Shown one piece after another: positions 13,840-27,375 of a stretch of DNA of 64,000 bases. The notes under the pieces are model-generated. The model worked only from the letters and a program-made list of their open reading frames with translations, did not search any database and was not told where the DNA came from. The translations under genes and the position numbers were made by a program. Position 1 is the first letter of the stretch. Every line of letters begins with the position of its first letter. The DNA comes from Lama glama (taxonomy: Eukaryota): positions 43,650,001 through 43,714,000 of the forward strand of contig CM052818.1 in the NCBI GenBank assembly GCA_028534125.1, read 5' to 3'.

Positions 13840-14372
13840 TGTAGTGGAAAGTTTCATGTGCCAGCTTGACTGCGCTGAGGGTGCCCAGACAACTGGCATA
13901 ACATCAAGTCTGGGTGTTTCTGTCAGAGACAAGCATTTGGATCAGTGGAGTGAGCAGAGTTCTGTCCTCATCGATGTTGGTGGGCATCGCTCAATCCTCT
14001 GACGGCCTGAACAGAATAAAAACACAGAGGGAGGACACCTCCTAATTCTCTCTTCTCGAGCCGGGACATCTGTCTTCTCCTCCCCTGGACTTTGCGGGTT
14101 CTGCGTCTGGGCCTTTATCCCCTAAGACCTACATCAGCACCCCCGCCTCTCCAAACTCCTTCTCAGACCTTCAGACTCAGACTGTGTCACCAGTTCTAGC
14201 TCCCCAGCTTGCAGACAGAAGACTGTGGTCCTTCTCAGCCTCCATAACTGCATGAGCCAATTCCTATAATAAGTCTCCTCTCATCTATCCATCTGTCTAT
14301 CTATTCACCCATCCATCCATCCATCTCACCATCCTACTGGTTCTGTTCCTCTCAAGAACCCTGTATAATACA
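13840..14372 (+). mobile_element. MLT2 (ERVL) solo LTR, inserted in a MIR
   Basis: TG...CA termini; tgtagtggaaagtttcatgtgccagcttgactg start and ctactggttctgttcctctcaagaaccctgtataataca end; internal CCAT/CTAT tract; MIR sequence on both flanks. Confidence 0.85.
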
Positions 14373-15829
14373 GTCATATTCTAGTTGTATAAGATTTGGA
14401 GCAACTGAACTGAGGTTTTAGTTCTCAATTTCTTCACCATAATATGGGAATAAATATAGAACTTATACTCCAGAATTTTTCAGAAGATAAAACAAAAAAT
14501 ATATATATATATACCCAGGGCTTGGTATGATGAATAGACAATATGAAATGTTTACTGACAATTGGCTTTCACATTAACTATAATTATTTCTTGAAACAGA
14601 GTCAGCTTTCTAATCCATGGAGAGCTTTTGGTATGTAGCCTGAACTCTGTTTCATGACCTCCTCTAGAATTACCATGCTTACTTTTATTTATGCCTCAGA
14701 AGGACTATTTCTTTCTCAATGACCCTGATTACACAATACCCTCAAAAGAGCGTATACCTTGTACTCTAACTATACCATTCACTACAGAATTGAGAGTGAG
14801 ATCAATAACATAATTCAACACAATATATGCTGTTGATATTGAAGAAGAGTAATTTACTATGATGCATATTATAGTTAAACTATTTTGTCTGAAAAAAAAA
14901 TCTTTTTAGACATCTGTTGAAACTCACATATGTTTCCTGGCTTGCACATTTGGTGAGAAATACAAATGGTCATATTATGGGTAGAGTGTCTTACATGACA
15001 AACATTCGGCAAAAACCTGTGGTTTTGCATTAATCCAAATAGAGGCATGAGGATCTTTACTTTTCCTTTTTCATCTCTTGACTATCTCTGATTTTCAGCA
15101 AAAGAAAAGGGTTCAGGGCTTTTCACTGAAGTTAGAGAAAAGGATATTTTTCCAGACTGAGGAGGAAAATAGTGTTATCTAAAAGCTGACTAAGAAATTG
15201 ACACTCTTTCCTCAATCTTTGCCACAACGGCGTTATTGTTCATGATAGTTTTGAAGACTCTCTTTCTATAGGTGTATGTTGCATAATTACCTAATTAGAT
15301 CATTGGCCTTTAATACTCTTCTATCAACATTTGAAATTTTCACTTTATTTGATTTTGTGAAACAATACTTGAAAACAATTTTTTTCCCAAGTAACGTTAT
15401 CTTGGGAGTGGGAGACCAATGAAGAAGTCCTAGAGTAGCACTTGGAAATCTCAGAGGCCGGTCTTGAGACGTGTTTCTCTCCAGTCTGTTTTCCATATGG
15501 CTCCCAGTGTGTTCTTCCTAAATTGTAAATGATCAAGTCACATCCTGAATAAAACTACGTAATGACTGTCTTTTGCAACCAAGATAAATTCCAGTTTCCT
15601 TAGTAGAATATACAGTGATTGTCATGTTCAGGCTTTTGTTTGTGTCTCCAGTCTCATACATCAGCACTACTTAAAACCTTCATGTTTTGTTCGGTTAACC
15701 TCCACCTCTATGTCCAATAGAAAACCTGATATATCACAGACAGGAAAGAAATGCAGGGTTGGGCTCTGAACAACTTGGCAGCAGTGACAGCATAATATAG
15801 GAATTCCCCAATCTCCTCTGTAAAAACAC

Positions 15830-17560
15830 ATGCCATCTTCTAAAAAGATGAAAAAACAAAACAAAACCTTTAACCCGCTATTTAAAAACCAGCTAAGACC
15901 ATTTAAGGTAGTGATAGACATCATAAAAGCACAACATAAATCAGAATTATAAATTTCAAAATTAAGGTTAGACAAAATAAAAAACTAAAAAAAGTTGTTA
16001 GAACTAAGGAAACAAGGAGAAATATGTAAGTTCAAAATTGAAGATTACACCACAAGGAACAGAAGAGCAAATGATTACTAAAAGTAATGCTGCAAGCAAA
16101 ATGAATATGGAAAAGATAATTTTTAAATAATGTTTAAATGAAGATAAAGATTAAAATGATATGAGAGATATGACAGATTTAGGAACTAGAAAAGAAAGTC
16201 AAACACATAAAATGGGAGTTATGAAGAAGAATTCCAAAACAATGAAAGCCAAAACATATTATAAACCATAATTTGATAAAACTTTCCTGAAAAAAAGAAT
16301 CTTTGAACTTAAATATTAAAAAATATGCAACAGCATTTTCAAATAACATTACTAGATCTTAAAAATGTAACAGTAAAAATAATTTAAGGACATCCCATGT
16401 CCTCCAAAAAAAAAAAGCCATCTTTAAGGGAGCAAAAATCAGATCGACATCAGATTTTCCAACTGTAATACTTTACAACCCCTATAAAAATAAAATATTA
16501 ATAATCCTAATAGAGAAAATGCCTACAGGAAGAAGGAAAAGCTCAACAAACTGACAGGAAAACGTGCAAGAAATGGGAAGAGCTAGTTCACATTAAGAAA
16601 GAAATAAAAAAAGAAAGAAAAATTAAATGGCACTGAAACACATGAAAAGATTCTTCAAGAGTAATGCAAGTTAAACGTACATGAAATACCTTAACGTCTT
16701 TTGTCTCTTGGTAAAATGCCTTAACGTCTTTTGTCCCTTGGTAAAAATTTTAGTCATATTCTGTTGGCAAAGCTGTGGAGAAACAGATTTCTCTCATATA
16801 TTGCTGGTAGCGATGCCAAAGATCGGAGCCCTATGCAGGAGAATTTGGCAGGAGCCCCGCAACATTAGATATGCCATTCTTCTTTGACCCAGCAGCTTCG
16901 CTAACAGAAATCTATTACCAAGACACACAGCCAAAAATATGGAAAACTGTATGTAGAAATCTACTTATTGGAGCAATATTTGTAATAGCAAAAGACTATA
17001 GGTTAAACCTAAATGTCTCCTGAGGCAGTAGGGAAAAAAAAATGTGGTCCACAATGGAGTACTGAGGAGATGTGACATGAGGGATATTCAGGTCAACTTT
17101 TATGATGAGAGCAAGGTGAGAAAAGTGTCTATAATCTGCCGTTGCTTTTCTGAGAATGGAGTTCTTCTTCAGTTTGCAAATCAGCCATTACCTTAGGGTG
17201 GGATGTCTGGGAAACCCACATTAAAACACATACCAAAGGTACTTGAGTCAGTAAATTCATCATTTCTGTAAAGCAAAATAAAAGGGAAAATTTATTGTCC
17301 ACTTTAGCAAGAGGTTAGGAAACCGAGGCTTTATTGTGAAGATCAAACATCTGTTCTGTTTTTCTTAGTCAAACTGTACCTCAGGATAACCAAATACAGT
17401 AGTTTTCTTTTTTTAAGTATTACAAGTAATATATGAAGAAATAATGATAAAATTAAAACAACATTTTACAACCCGTACTCAAACAATGGATCAAGACAAC
17501 AGCCATCGATGGCTATTAACATCGTAGAAAATGATGACCACCAGGCGGTGCTGATTATAT
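15830..17560 (+). mobile_element. Ancient L1M fragments (ORF1-like, ORF2 end and 3' UTR)
   Basis: A-rich; aaaaatcagatcgacatcagattttcc, aacacatgaaaagattcttc, ctttgacccagcagc, caatatttgtaatagcaaaagact. Confidence 0.65.
16684..16746. repeat. 30-bp tandem duplication, 2 copies, about 2 mismatches
   Basis: aaataccttaacgtcttttgtctcttggta / aaatgccttaacgtcttttgtcccttggta. Confidence 0.9.
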
Positions 17561-17899
17561 GATTTCAGAACTCAGCGCGTTCTCCTGAGAACTCAGAAGG
17601 GTTTTGTTTTCATTGATATTGAAAGGAGGAAAATGTAGTTAAAAACTGATTTCGCATCCTCCCAGGTTCTCCTCCCGTGAGCACAAGTGCCCAGCTGTTC
17701 TGGACGCTCATCTGCTGTGTCAGCTCTCGGCTGGAGGGAGCATTGGATCAGGCAGTTCTGTGCTCAGCAGAAAGTCACCCCATTCCAGGGTTATAAACAG
17801 ACTGGACCGAGTAGTGACATTTGGCCTTTTAGTGTGGTGATCGAAGTCCCTTCTGAATCTGGATTTGTCTTTTTATTTTCTTTTTCACTAAGTGCAATA

Positions 17900-18350
17900 A
17901 AAGATCTTATATATTTTAGGATCTGACCTACGGTTGAGATCTAGTTTTACATCATTTTCATTTTCAAAGCCAAGTGGCATAATCATTTATTAAGGATTCA
18001 GTGCTCAACCCGCTGGCTTTTGATTCCATATCTGACATACTATCCATCATATGTGAAATTACTATATATCATTGGGTCTGTTTCCGGGTTCTTTACTGTG
18101 CTGCACTGGACTCTGTCTATGTCCACTCTCTGTTGTGCTAATTTAATTGTGATTGCCTCCTACAGATTCTTCATAATAGAGAAAGTCCCCCCTCATTGTT
18201 TTCCTTCCAACAACTTCGATTCATCTTGAGTGCTTACACATCCATATGTATTTTAGAATCTGTAGACCCAGTCTGTGAAAAAACCTTGCTGAGATTTTGA
18301 TTAGAATTTTATTTAAACAATAGTTTAGCCTTACAAGAATTGACATTATT
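17900..18350 (-). mobile_element. Ancient L1M ORF2 fragment
   Basis: tgggtctgtttccgggttcttt, tccatatgtattttagaatc, ccttgctgagattttgattagaatt. Confidence 0.65.
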
Positions 18351-19684
18351 AAACTGGAGACTCACTGCACTTTAAAAAACAATAAAGATTATCTTTGACA
18401 CCAAAGTCTATAAATAAGCTTCTGGTACATTCAGGAAAGATCTGCTTGTGGAGAGAAATATTTTTTTAAGGTTGAATTGGACTCTAACTCACCTGTCCTT
18501 CAAACTGTGTTCGTGAACATATTTCTCTTCATTTAGATTGGAGCTAAGAGAAACAGACACATTTCTATATTCCTTTCAGCATCAGTGGAGGGATATTTAT
18601 GGAGAGAGGCCAGAGAGAAGGCCTCTGTATCTTTCCAATTATCTCAAGCACTGAATATATATTGGTGTAAGCAAGCAATTAATTACGGCCGGAGCCAGAC
18701 AGGCAGGCCAAATCCTTATTTTCTACCATCTATTAACAGTTAATTCTTGATAACATAGGGAGGTTAACTGAAGTTATCTATTTAAGGGCTTAACATCAGA
18801 CTTAATTTTTGTATGGAGAATCTTGTCCATAAATTCATGAGATGGAGCAATATTCTCTCATCCCCTGACCTTCTCTGAGCACTAAAACATGAGGAGATGC
18901 AAATTCAGTTCTTCCCAAGGAAGACAGTGACCCGCTGACAAAGAAGGAGAGAAGGACCATCCAACCATTCAGCCGAGTTGAAGATTGTAGTGAGAGTTAT
19001 ACACAAGAAAGCACAGAACAGTGAATTGGGGAATATAGCACCTGATTCTGATGATCCAATTCTCATTGCAAGTGTTGTGAATAGATGAGTTCCTCCCTGA
19101 AAACATGTTCCTGTCATTGCGGCAGAAATATGGAAATGATGGTAAAACAACCCTAGGACTTGATTTCTGTGAAGGGAGGAGACTTCTCATTTTTGTTCTT
19201 TGTAATAAATTGGTTCCTTTAATTTTCTTTCCTGCTGGTAGTGACAGAGTATTACACATTTGATCACACAACGACTGGGCTGATTTTAAATTATAACATT
19301 GCAAGGAAAATAGGAATGCTTTCTTTTTTTTTTTTTAATACCTCCCCAAGGCAATTCTAGAGGACAAATTATTAAAAGGAGTTCACTAATATTATAGAGA
19401 AATACCGACATTTTTCAATTAAATTACACCAGTCTGTGTGTTTTTAAATATTTAATGAACACTTAAAGCTGCATCTCCTAATAACGTTATAAAATAACAC
19501 AAATAGGACAAGGATCTGAATGAAATGGATGTTGCTCTAAAAGCAAGAAGCTGGTGAATGAATAAAACTGGTAATAAAACTGAAAAAAATGTGTGACCCA
19601 AAGGAATAATATTTATTTTTCTGCCTCAGGCTACTGGTAGCCATGGCTTTAGATCTATTTTCTTGGCATAGGAATAGAGTAAAC

Positions 19685-20184
19685 NNNNNNNNNNNNNNNN
19701 NNNNNNNNNNNNNNNNNNNNNNNNNNNNNNNNNNNNNNNNNNNNNNNNNNNNNNNNNNNNNNNNNNNNNNNNNNNNNNNNNNNNNNNNNNNNNNNNNNNN
19801 NNNNNNNNNNNNNNNNNNNNNNNNNNNNNNNNNNNNNNNNNNNNNNNNNNNNNNNNNNNNNNNNNNNNNNNNNNNNNNNNNNNNNNNNNNNNNNNNNNNN
19901 NNNNNNNNNNNNNNNNNNNNNNNNNNNNNNNNNNNNNNNNNNNNNNNNNNNNNNNNNNNNNNNNNNNNNNNNNNNNNNNNNNNNNNNNNNNNNNNNNNNN
20001 NNNNNNNNNNNNNNNNNNNNNNNNNNNNNNNNNNNNNNNNNNNNNNNNNNNNNNNNNNNNNNNNNNNNNNNNNNNNNNNNNNNNNNNNNNNNNNNNNNNN
20101 NNNNNNNNNNNNNNNNNNNNNNNNNNNNNNNNNNNNNNNNNNNNNNNNNNNNNNNNNNNNNNNNNNNNNNNNNNNNNNNNNNNN
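19685..20184. other. Assembly gap, 500 N
   Basis: Run of exactly 500 N. Confidence 0.99.
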
Positions 20185-20639
20185 TTAGAAAAAGGATTGT
20201 AGGTCATGAATTTGCAAAATTTCTGCTTCCCCTTAATTACTTAATACTTCTCCTTCTTCCTTCTTCCTTCTTTCTTCTTTTTTAATGGGGAGATTTCACT
20301 CTCAGTGAAGAACACAGAAAGCAGGGGGAAATCCTCAGAAATCACCAGATGGAAACATCAGGGCCAGTGGAAAGAACAGCCACTTCCTTGTCCCGTGTCT
20401 GTCACAGATCTAGCCCAGCTCACACGGGGGGTGGGTCACAGGTGTGTTGGCTGGTTGAAGACAAATGCCGGGCAGTTTTTGGTTATCATCAGTCATGCTG
20501 TAACTTCATCTGCCTCCTGTCTCTTCAACTCCATGCTCTTAACTGGCTCCTCGACTCAGATTCTCCCAAATTGACTGCAACTTCTGCATTCTGACTTCTG
20601 ACTTCCTCCTAAAGCTATGGTATTCAGAAGTTCAGACCC

Positions 20640-21000
20640 CAACTCAACTGAGATTGTCTTGGCAAAATCACTGTTAACCCATTAGTTGATAAACCACATG
20701 GGATCTTTTTCAGTCTTTTTGAAGTCTGTAAATTACATTTGTCACCACTGAGCCCTTCTTCACTGAAAGTTTCTTTAGTGCCGACATCCAGACCGACTTT
20801 CCTCCTACTTCTCTGATCTTTACGAACATCTCTTTCTCTGCTCCTCCCTCCCACAAGTCTCTGTTCGCAGCACTCACTCCTCCCATAGGTCAGCTATACC
20901 CAGTCACCTTGTTTCACGTGCCATGTATGTACTATGACCCCAAATGGCCATTTCTAGCCCAGTTTTCTTCCTGAGCATCCCTGCGTTTAGACTTATAAAT
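20640..21000 (+). mobile_element. L2 fragment
   Basis: Pyrimidine-rich L2 ORF2-like sequence (tgaccccaaatggccatttctagcccagttttcttcctgagc). Confidence 0.55.
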
Positions 21001-21015
21001 AAACTTAAGACTGGA

Positions 21016-21165
21016 AGGAGGGAGGGTGTAGTTCAAGTGGTAGAGTGCAGGTTTTGCATTCACAAGGTCCTGGATTCAATCCTCAGTTCCTCCTCTAAAA
21101 ATAAATAAATAAGTAAACTTCATTATCGCCTCCCAAAACCAAAAAAAAAAAAAAAAGAAGAAGAA
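21016..21165 (+). mobile_element. Camelid tRNA-derived SINE (Vic-1-like) with TSD
   Basis: ggagggtgtagttcaagtggtagagtgc...ggtcctggattcaatcctcag (A and B boxes), A-rich tail, and TSD ttaagactgga at 21005-21015 and 21166-21176. Confidence 0.92.
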
Positions 21166-21633
21166 TTAAGACTGGAGATACTCATCTAGCTTTTTCACAT
21201 GGGCCCAAGTTCAACTTGTTCAGAAGGTCAGTTATCATATTTACAATGAAATTAGACTAAGTAACCTACTTTACTTCCCAGAAATGACCCCCTTAAAGGG
21301 AGACCACAGACCAGCTGCTTTAAATTCCGGTAAGAACTTTTTTTCCAATAAAGCAAATACTTCTTCCCAATAGGCAACTTTTTAATCACTTTTTCTTCTA
21401 AGTTTGATTTTCTCTCCATCTTATTGTTATATCAAAAGGCAGAAAGATACAGGTAAATTTTTTACAAAAAGCTATTTTTACTTTGAATAGGAGGAAAGTA
21501 TTAAATGCAGAGAGGAAAGGACTTGGGCGGGGAAGGGGCATCTGACTGCTGAACTTTTGAGCACATGCCTTAGTGGCTGGTCACTTGACTCAGTCCCTAG
21601 GGCTCTGGAACTCTAGACAGCCCGTTTCCCTTG

Positions 21634-22402
21634 GGTGATGGTTAACTTTACGTGTCAGCCTGGCTGGGCTAAGTGATGCCCAGACAGCTGGTAGCACATT
21701 ATTCCTGAGTGTGTCTGTGAGGTGTTTCCAGAAGAGACGAGCGTTTGAATTGGTGACCTGAGTAAAGCCGAGGGCCCTCCTCAAAGTGGGTGAGCTTCAT
21801 CCAGTCTGCTGAGGAGCTGAATAGAACTGAGAGGTGGAGGAAGGACAAATGCTCTCTCTCTGCTTGAGCTGAGACATCTGCCTCCTCCAGCCTGTGGACA
21901 TAGGTGCTCCTGGTTCTCCAGCCTTCTGATTCAGGCTGAGACTTACACCGTCAGCTCCACGAGTTCTCAGGCCCTTAGACTCGGACTGAATTTCACCACG
22001 AGCTTTCCTGGTTCTCCAGCTTTCAGCAGTAGACTGTGGGACTTCTCAGCCTCCGTAACTGTGTAAGCCAATTCCTGTAATAAATTTTTCTCTATCTGCA
22101 GTTGACCATCAACAATGTAAGGCTTAGGGGCACTGAGCCTCAGTGCAGTTGAAGGTCTGCGTCTAACTTACGGTCAGAGCTCTGTATCCATGGTTCTTCC
22201 ATATCCACCTTTCTGCATCCACTGACTCAACCAACTTTGGATAGTGCACTACTGCAGTGTTTACTATTGAAAAAAATATCCTTGTATGAGTGGGCCCTCA
22301 CAGTTCGAACAGAACTGTGTTGTCCAAGGGACAACTGTAGATGGATGCATAGCTAGCTAGCTAGATGTGCTATTAGTTCTCTGAAGAACTGGGACTGCTA
22401 CC
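21634..22402 (+). mobile_element. MLT2 (ERVL) solo LTR with 5-bp TSD, interrupted by a Tigger2 MITE
   Basis: gtgatggttaactttacgtgtcagcctggctgggcta start typical of MLT2; TSD ccttg at 21629-21633 and 22403-22407. Confidence 0.88.
22099..22337 (-). mobile_element. Tigger2-derived MITE (Tigger2a_Art-like)
   Basis: Terminal inverted repeats cagttgacc... / ...gggacaactg followed by TA; interior matches recalled Tigger2a consensus. Confidence 0.85.
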
Positions 22403-22879
22403 CCTTGCATCCACCTTGTTATTCACACACCACCTGAGGGACACTGATCAAACTAACACTGGACAGAACAGCTGGAATTCTTCCCCAAGAGCAAGAGAAA
22501 CCAAAGGGTGCATCCTGCCACTGATACTTTCCATTCCATATATATACATATTTTTAATATTATATCAACACTACATACCCACTCTTATATTGCATCAATT
22601 ATTCTCTATTCCTTATATCAGCAAGTAAAAGGAGCTAGCGCTATCTCATTTTATAATGAATGGAGGTTCAAGAAATTTTAAACTGCTACCCCAGAGTCAA
22701 ACTATGGTCGAATCAGAGTTGAGCACACATTCACTTTCTATGAGGTTGCCTCTCTGCTCGGCCACAGTGAGCTGCTTAGCAGAGGGGAAGCGATCCCCTT
22801 AGGTCAAGTTCTGCTAAACCCTTCATCTTCATCTCTTGCCCCTTCAGGCTTTTATTTAAACTGTCACCCTGCCTACCTT

Positions 22880-23460
22880 CACACACCACACTATTTCATG
22901 TCTCCATTCTTTTATCCTGATCCTTCCTAGCCTGAGATGAACTGCCTGCTCACTTCTTCCCGTCTTCTGGCTGACTCCTGTTCAGCTGTCAGCCTGCCTT
23001 GCTTCTTTTATTTTTTTTAATTCCTCCTTTATTTGTTCCTTTTTGTTGTTTTAAAAATATATTTTTGAGCATATATATAATATGTAATGTAACTGTTAGG
23101 GACTTGACAAACAGTGAAGAACGAGACACAATTCTTATCCTGGAGAAACTCTATTTAGTGGAGTAGGTGGACTTACACAGATAATTTCAATGCAAGTGTG
23201 GTAAGGGCTATAATGAGGTAATCACACAACAGTCTGCCTAAACTATTCATTTTCTTGCCCAAGAATCTCTCCTGGATGCCACTGGGTAGGTGTGGTAACC
23301 CCTCTCTAAGCTTCCATAATACTTTCTATGTGTTCAATTGCAGTAACTACATTCATCAGTTAACATTATTTATATGTCTGTCTTCTCCATCTGACCATTA
23401 GTTCTCAAGGCAGGAATTATGCCCCATTTGTATTCCAAAAGTGTAGCCACTTTTTCGAAA
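22880..23460. mobile_element. L2 fragments (both orientations)
   Basis: tatttttgagcat...gagacacaattcttatcctggagaaactc (antisense) and ttatatgtctgtcttctccatctgaccattagttctcaaggcagg (sense). Confidence 0.6.
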
Positions 23461-24381
23461 AGTTAATGACAAATAGCATTTAAAAAAAAAGTATGGTTAT
23501 TTGGTTTCTTAAATGTTCAATGTTACTATACAATAGATGATATTTACAGAATAATTTTCTTAAAACTGGTACATAAAAGTATTTATGCCTAGAAATTTTG
23601 TTTTGCTCCCTAGATAATATTTTATTATGTATGTCACTTTTATTCATACATGGTATTTTGTAATGATGCAGACAACCTGTGCTCAGTGGGGATTACAAGC
23701 TGGACTCACCCTCTTGGCTATCTGGTTCTCACTACACCGGAGTTTCTTAGCAAGGTCACACTGTCCTAACTCAAAACCTGGGTCTCTGGGCTTGCTTCCT
23801 CACTTCCACAGTGGAAGTGGGGTGGGGTGGGAAATTTCAGGGTTTAGAAATGTAAAATGTTTCATTCTCCGGAGGAAAGATCAGCCATAGATGATGAGAA
23901 AAACGGACAGAGGGGATGGCGGGACCACGAACAGCCTGGGAGCATTTGATAATCCACATACATGCCATTGGCATATCTTTAAAGCTAGTCCAATAGCACA
24001 TATCTTAGGTAAAAATGGTGCATTTATTTTGGAAAAAAATTCAAAACATATCTTCTAATCTCATCAATCCTCCATCTGAAGCCACTCCAGATAAATATAA
24101 AATCACTGCACTTGCAAACTGTGTAAAGGCAGATTTCAACACAACCCACCATCCCACAAAGGTGTTAACTCATGATATGGAAATTCTGGAGAGAGTGAAG
24201 GATCAAGGAGAGAGTGTTAAGGAGTAAAAATCACTGCCAAAGCCACCCGCGGGACTGTCGTTTGTGTTGTCATCTTTTGTGGGTGACTAAATTGACCCAG
24301 GAGACCAGGTAATTCTCAATCTGTGAAGATATAGGTAATTCATAGGCTCTGGCAAACTTAACATATCTAGGATGAAGATTT

Positions 24382-25732
24382 TTTTTTCACATTTTTTAAT
24401 TGAAGTCGGGTTGATTGACAATGTTGTGTTAGTTTCTGGTGTAGAGCATAGTGATTCAGTTATACAAAATATATATATATATATAATTTTTCTTTTTCAT
24501 TAGATGTTATTACAAGCTATTAAATTTAGTCCCTGTGTTATACAGTAGGACATTGTTGTTTATCTATTTTATATATAGTAGTTTATACCTGCTAATCCCA
24601 AACTCCTAATTTATCCCTCCCTGCCCTTTCCCCTTTGGTAAACATAGATTTGTTTTCTATGTCTATGAATCTGTTTCTGTTTTGTAAATGAGTTCAATTG
24701 TGTCATCTTTTTAGATTCCACATATAAGTGATATATAATATTTGTCTTTCTCTGTCTGACATACTTCTCTTAGTATGATAATCTCTAGGTCCATGCATGT
24801 TGCTACAAATGACATTATTTCACTCTTTTTTCGTGGCTGAATAGGATTACATTGTAACATAAATCGCATCTTCTTTATACAATCATCTGTGGGTGGACAT
24901 TCGCTTCCACATCTTGTCTGTTGTAAATAGTGCTGCTATTAACACTGGAGTGCACATGCCTTTTCACATTAAAGTTTTCTCCAGGTATATGCCCAGGAGT
25001 AGGACTACTGTATCATATGGTAACTATTTTTAGTTTTTTAAGGGATTTCCATTCTGTTTTCCATAGTGGCTGCACTAAATTACATTCTCATGAACAGTGT
25101 AGGAGGGTTTCCTTTTTTCCACACCCTTTCCAGCATGTATTGCTTGTGGACTTTTTAATGATGGCTATTCTGACCAATGTGAGGTGATGCCTCGTAGTTT
25201 TGATTTGCATTTCTCTGATAATTAACCATAGTAAGCATCTTTTCATGTGCCTATTGGCCATCTGTATGTTTTCATTGGAGAAATATCTGCTTAGGTGTTC
25301 CACTTAGTTTTTGATTGGGTTGTTTGCTTTTTTGTCATTGAGTTATATGAGCTGTTTGTATATTCTGGAAGCTAAGCACTTGCCAGCCTCATCATTTGCA
25401 AATAATTTCTCTGAGTTCGTTGGTTATCTTTTTGTTTTATTTATGATTTCTTTTGCTGTTCAAAAGCTTATAAGTTTAAACAGGTCCCATTTGTTTATTT
25501 TTGCTTTGATTTCTATTGCTTTGGTAAACCGACCTAAGAAAACATTGCTAAGATTTATGTCAGAGAATGTTTTGCTTGTGTTCCCTTCAAGGAGATTTAT
25601 GGTGTCCTGCCTTGTGTTTAAGTCTTTAAACATTTTGAGTTTATTTTCATATATGGTATGAGGGAGCGCTCTAACTTCATTGATTTACACGCAGCTGTCT
25701 AGCTTTCCCAATACCACTTACCAAGAAGACTG
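24382..25732 (-). mobile_element. 5'-truncated L1 (ORF2 C-terminus plus 3' UTR), antisense, with TSD
   Basis: Poly-T tail at about 24378; minus-strand peptide [10 protein letters not shown]...[10 protein letters not shown] is L1 ORF2; imperfect TSD taggatgaagattt (24368) / taggatgacaggattt (25733). Confidence 0.95.
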
Positions 25733-27171
25733 TAGGATGACAGGATTTTAATACTTAACTATTTATCTGGTTCTTCATTGTCATTCATGATATTATTTCT
25801 GGTTATAATTAATAGTTACCCAATACTGATCATAGGCATTCTGTTCCCCAATTCAGGCAGCAAAGGGATCATGTTTTCATGAGACTATTTGCATTTCTTA
25901 ATGCTTTCAGTTTTGCTCACAGAGGGGTACTCTGGTTCATCCCTCCAATGCTGCTGTGCCATCTGGTCTCCCATTCCTCAGGATTTAGTTTGCGGATATT
26001 AATTTGCTAACACATCAAAAAGTTACTCAGTTGGAAACAGCAGTGAGTGTCTAGAACCACTTTAGGGTGTGACGTTTAAAAATGTGACCTTTAGCTTTTA
26101 TCAATAGAAACATTAAACTATTATTATGTATTATGAAAAATATATATATTTTATATCTGTGTTTACAATGAAAATCTGTGAAGAAACTCGGTTTTTCATA
26201 TATTTTATCATTCTCTCTGTAAGTGCCTCATGAAGGGAAATATTCTTTTGAAATTTAGTTTAGGATGTTTTGAAAATAACAATAACACCAGTAATAACAG
26301 CAGCCTCTGACCCTGAGAAGTGTCTCCCTTTCAGTTGTTCTGCTAAGAGCTTTTTTAATGGACGGTTAAAATGGATAGATCCTCTCTGTGCTAAAGACGT
26401 CAAGATTAGATTCTAGAGTTTTCTTAATCATAATTAATTCCTTGACACTTCCTGTAAGCAAATATATTCCCCCCCTTTTTCTTAACTCTGTTTTCCCTAC
26501 CTATTGCATTCATCTTATTAGGTACTTTTATAAGCTTATTTAAAGTCTTATTTGAAGATTGAGGGAGTAAAATAAATGATAATAAAGTTTCTTTTTTTTA
26601 CCTAGTTTTCTATTTTATTGAATTTCATGTAATCGTGTCACAGTGTAGTGAAAAAATGCAGGATTTGAGGTAAGACCATCAACCTAAAACTCTTCATTTA
26701 TGAAATAAAAGTAAACATCCTAATACAAATACTAGAATGCCAACAGAATTTGATAGATTTAATGGGGATCGATGCTATAGGAAACCAGAGATTCTTCCCC
26801 GAAATGTAAGGAACATTTACTATCAGGCTATGTGTCATGATATTAAAGCATACCAGTTGGTCCAACAGTAAATAATTTGACTTACTATTAATTTGCGTTC
26901 AGTTTATTATTTTGTGCAAATAAACAATCTTTCCTTCTGCCTCTGTACCTAGTGTGCTTTCTGCTCAAACACAGCAGCTTTCCGAATTGTGGTTGCATTA
27001 ACTCAAAGAGATTTTTGTATTTATTTTTTCTCATTCAAAAATATTCATTGAGTATGATTTCTACCCCAGACCCTATTCTAGACACCAGGGGGAAAAATAA
27101 ATGATAGATGAGTGGTCCCAGCTCTATAAAAACCTGCATCATGCAATGAAAGAGCTTTTATAGGTAAGCTG

Positions 27172-27375
27172 GACTAGCGGTTCTGGACCTGGCCCTGGTA
27201 CCTGAGCTATTACCTCCCCAAGGTTCATCTGGGAAAAAAAAAATTTTTTTAACTATAGATTCCTGGTTCCCAGCAAAGAGGTACTGAGTCAAAATCATCA
27301 GACATGGAATGGAGAAATCTGTATTTTTGAAAGCTCTGAAAGTAACTTGGATGAAGAGTGTGAGGTCATTGACTA
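27172..27375. mobile_element. MER5-type hAT-Charlie relic
   Basis: ctagcggttct...tatagattcctggttccc...actgagtcaaaatc...aatctgtatttttgaaagctc. Confidence 0.6.

Noticed and set aside
21016..21100. tRNA-like sequence (also 12630-12702)
   Set aside because: Degenerate head followed by a SINE body and A-tail, with a TSD in one copy; SINE rather than tRNA gene
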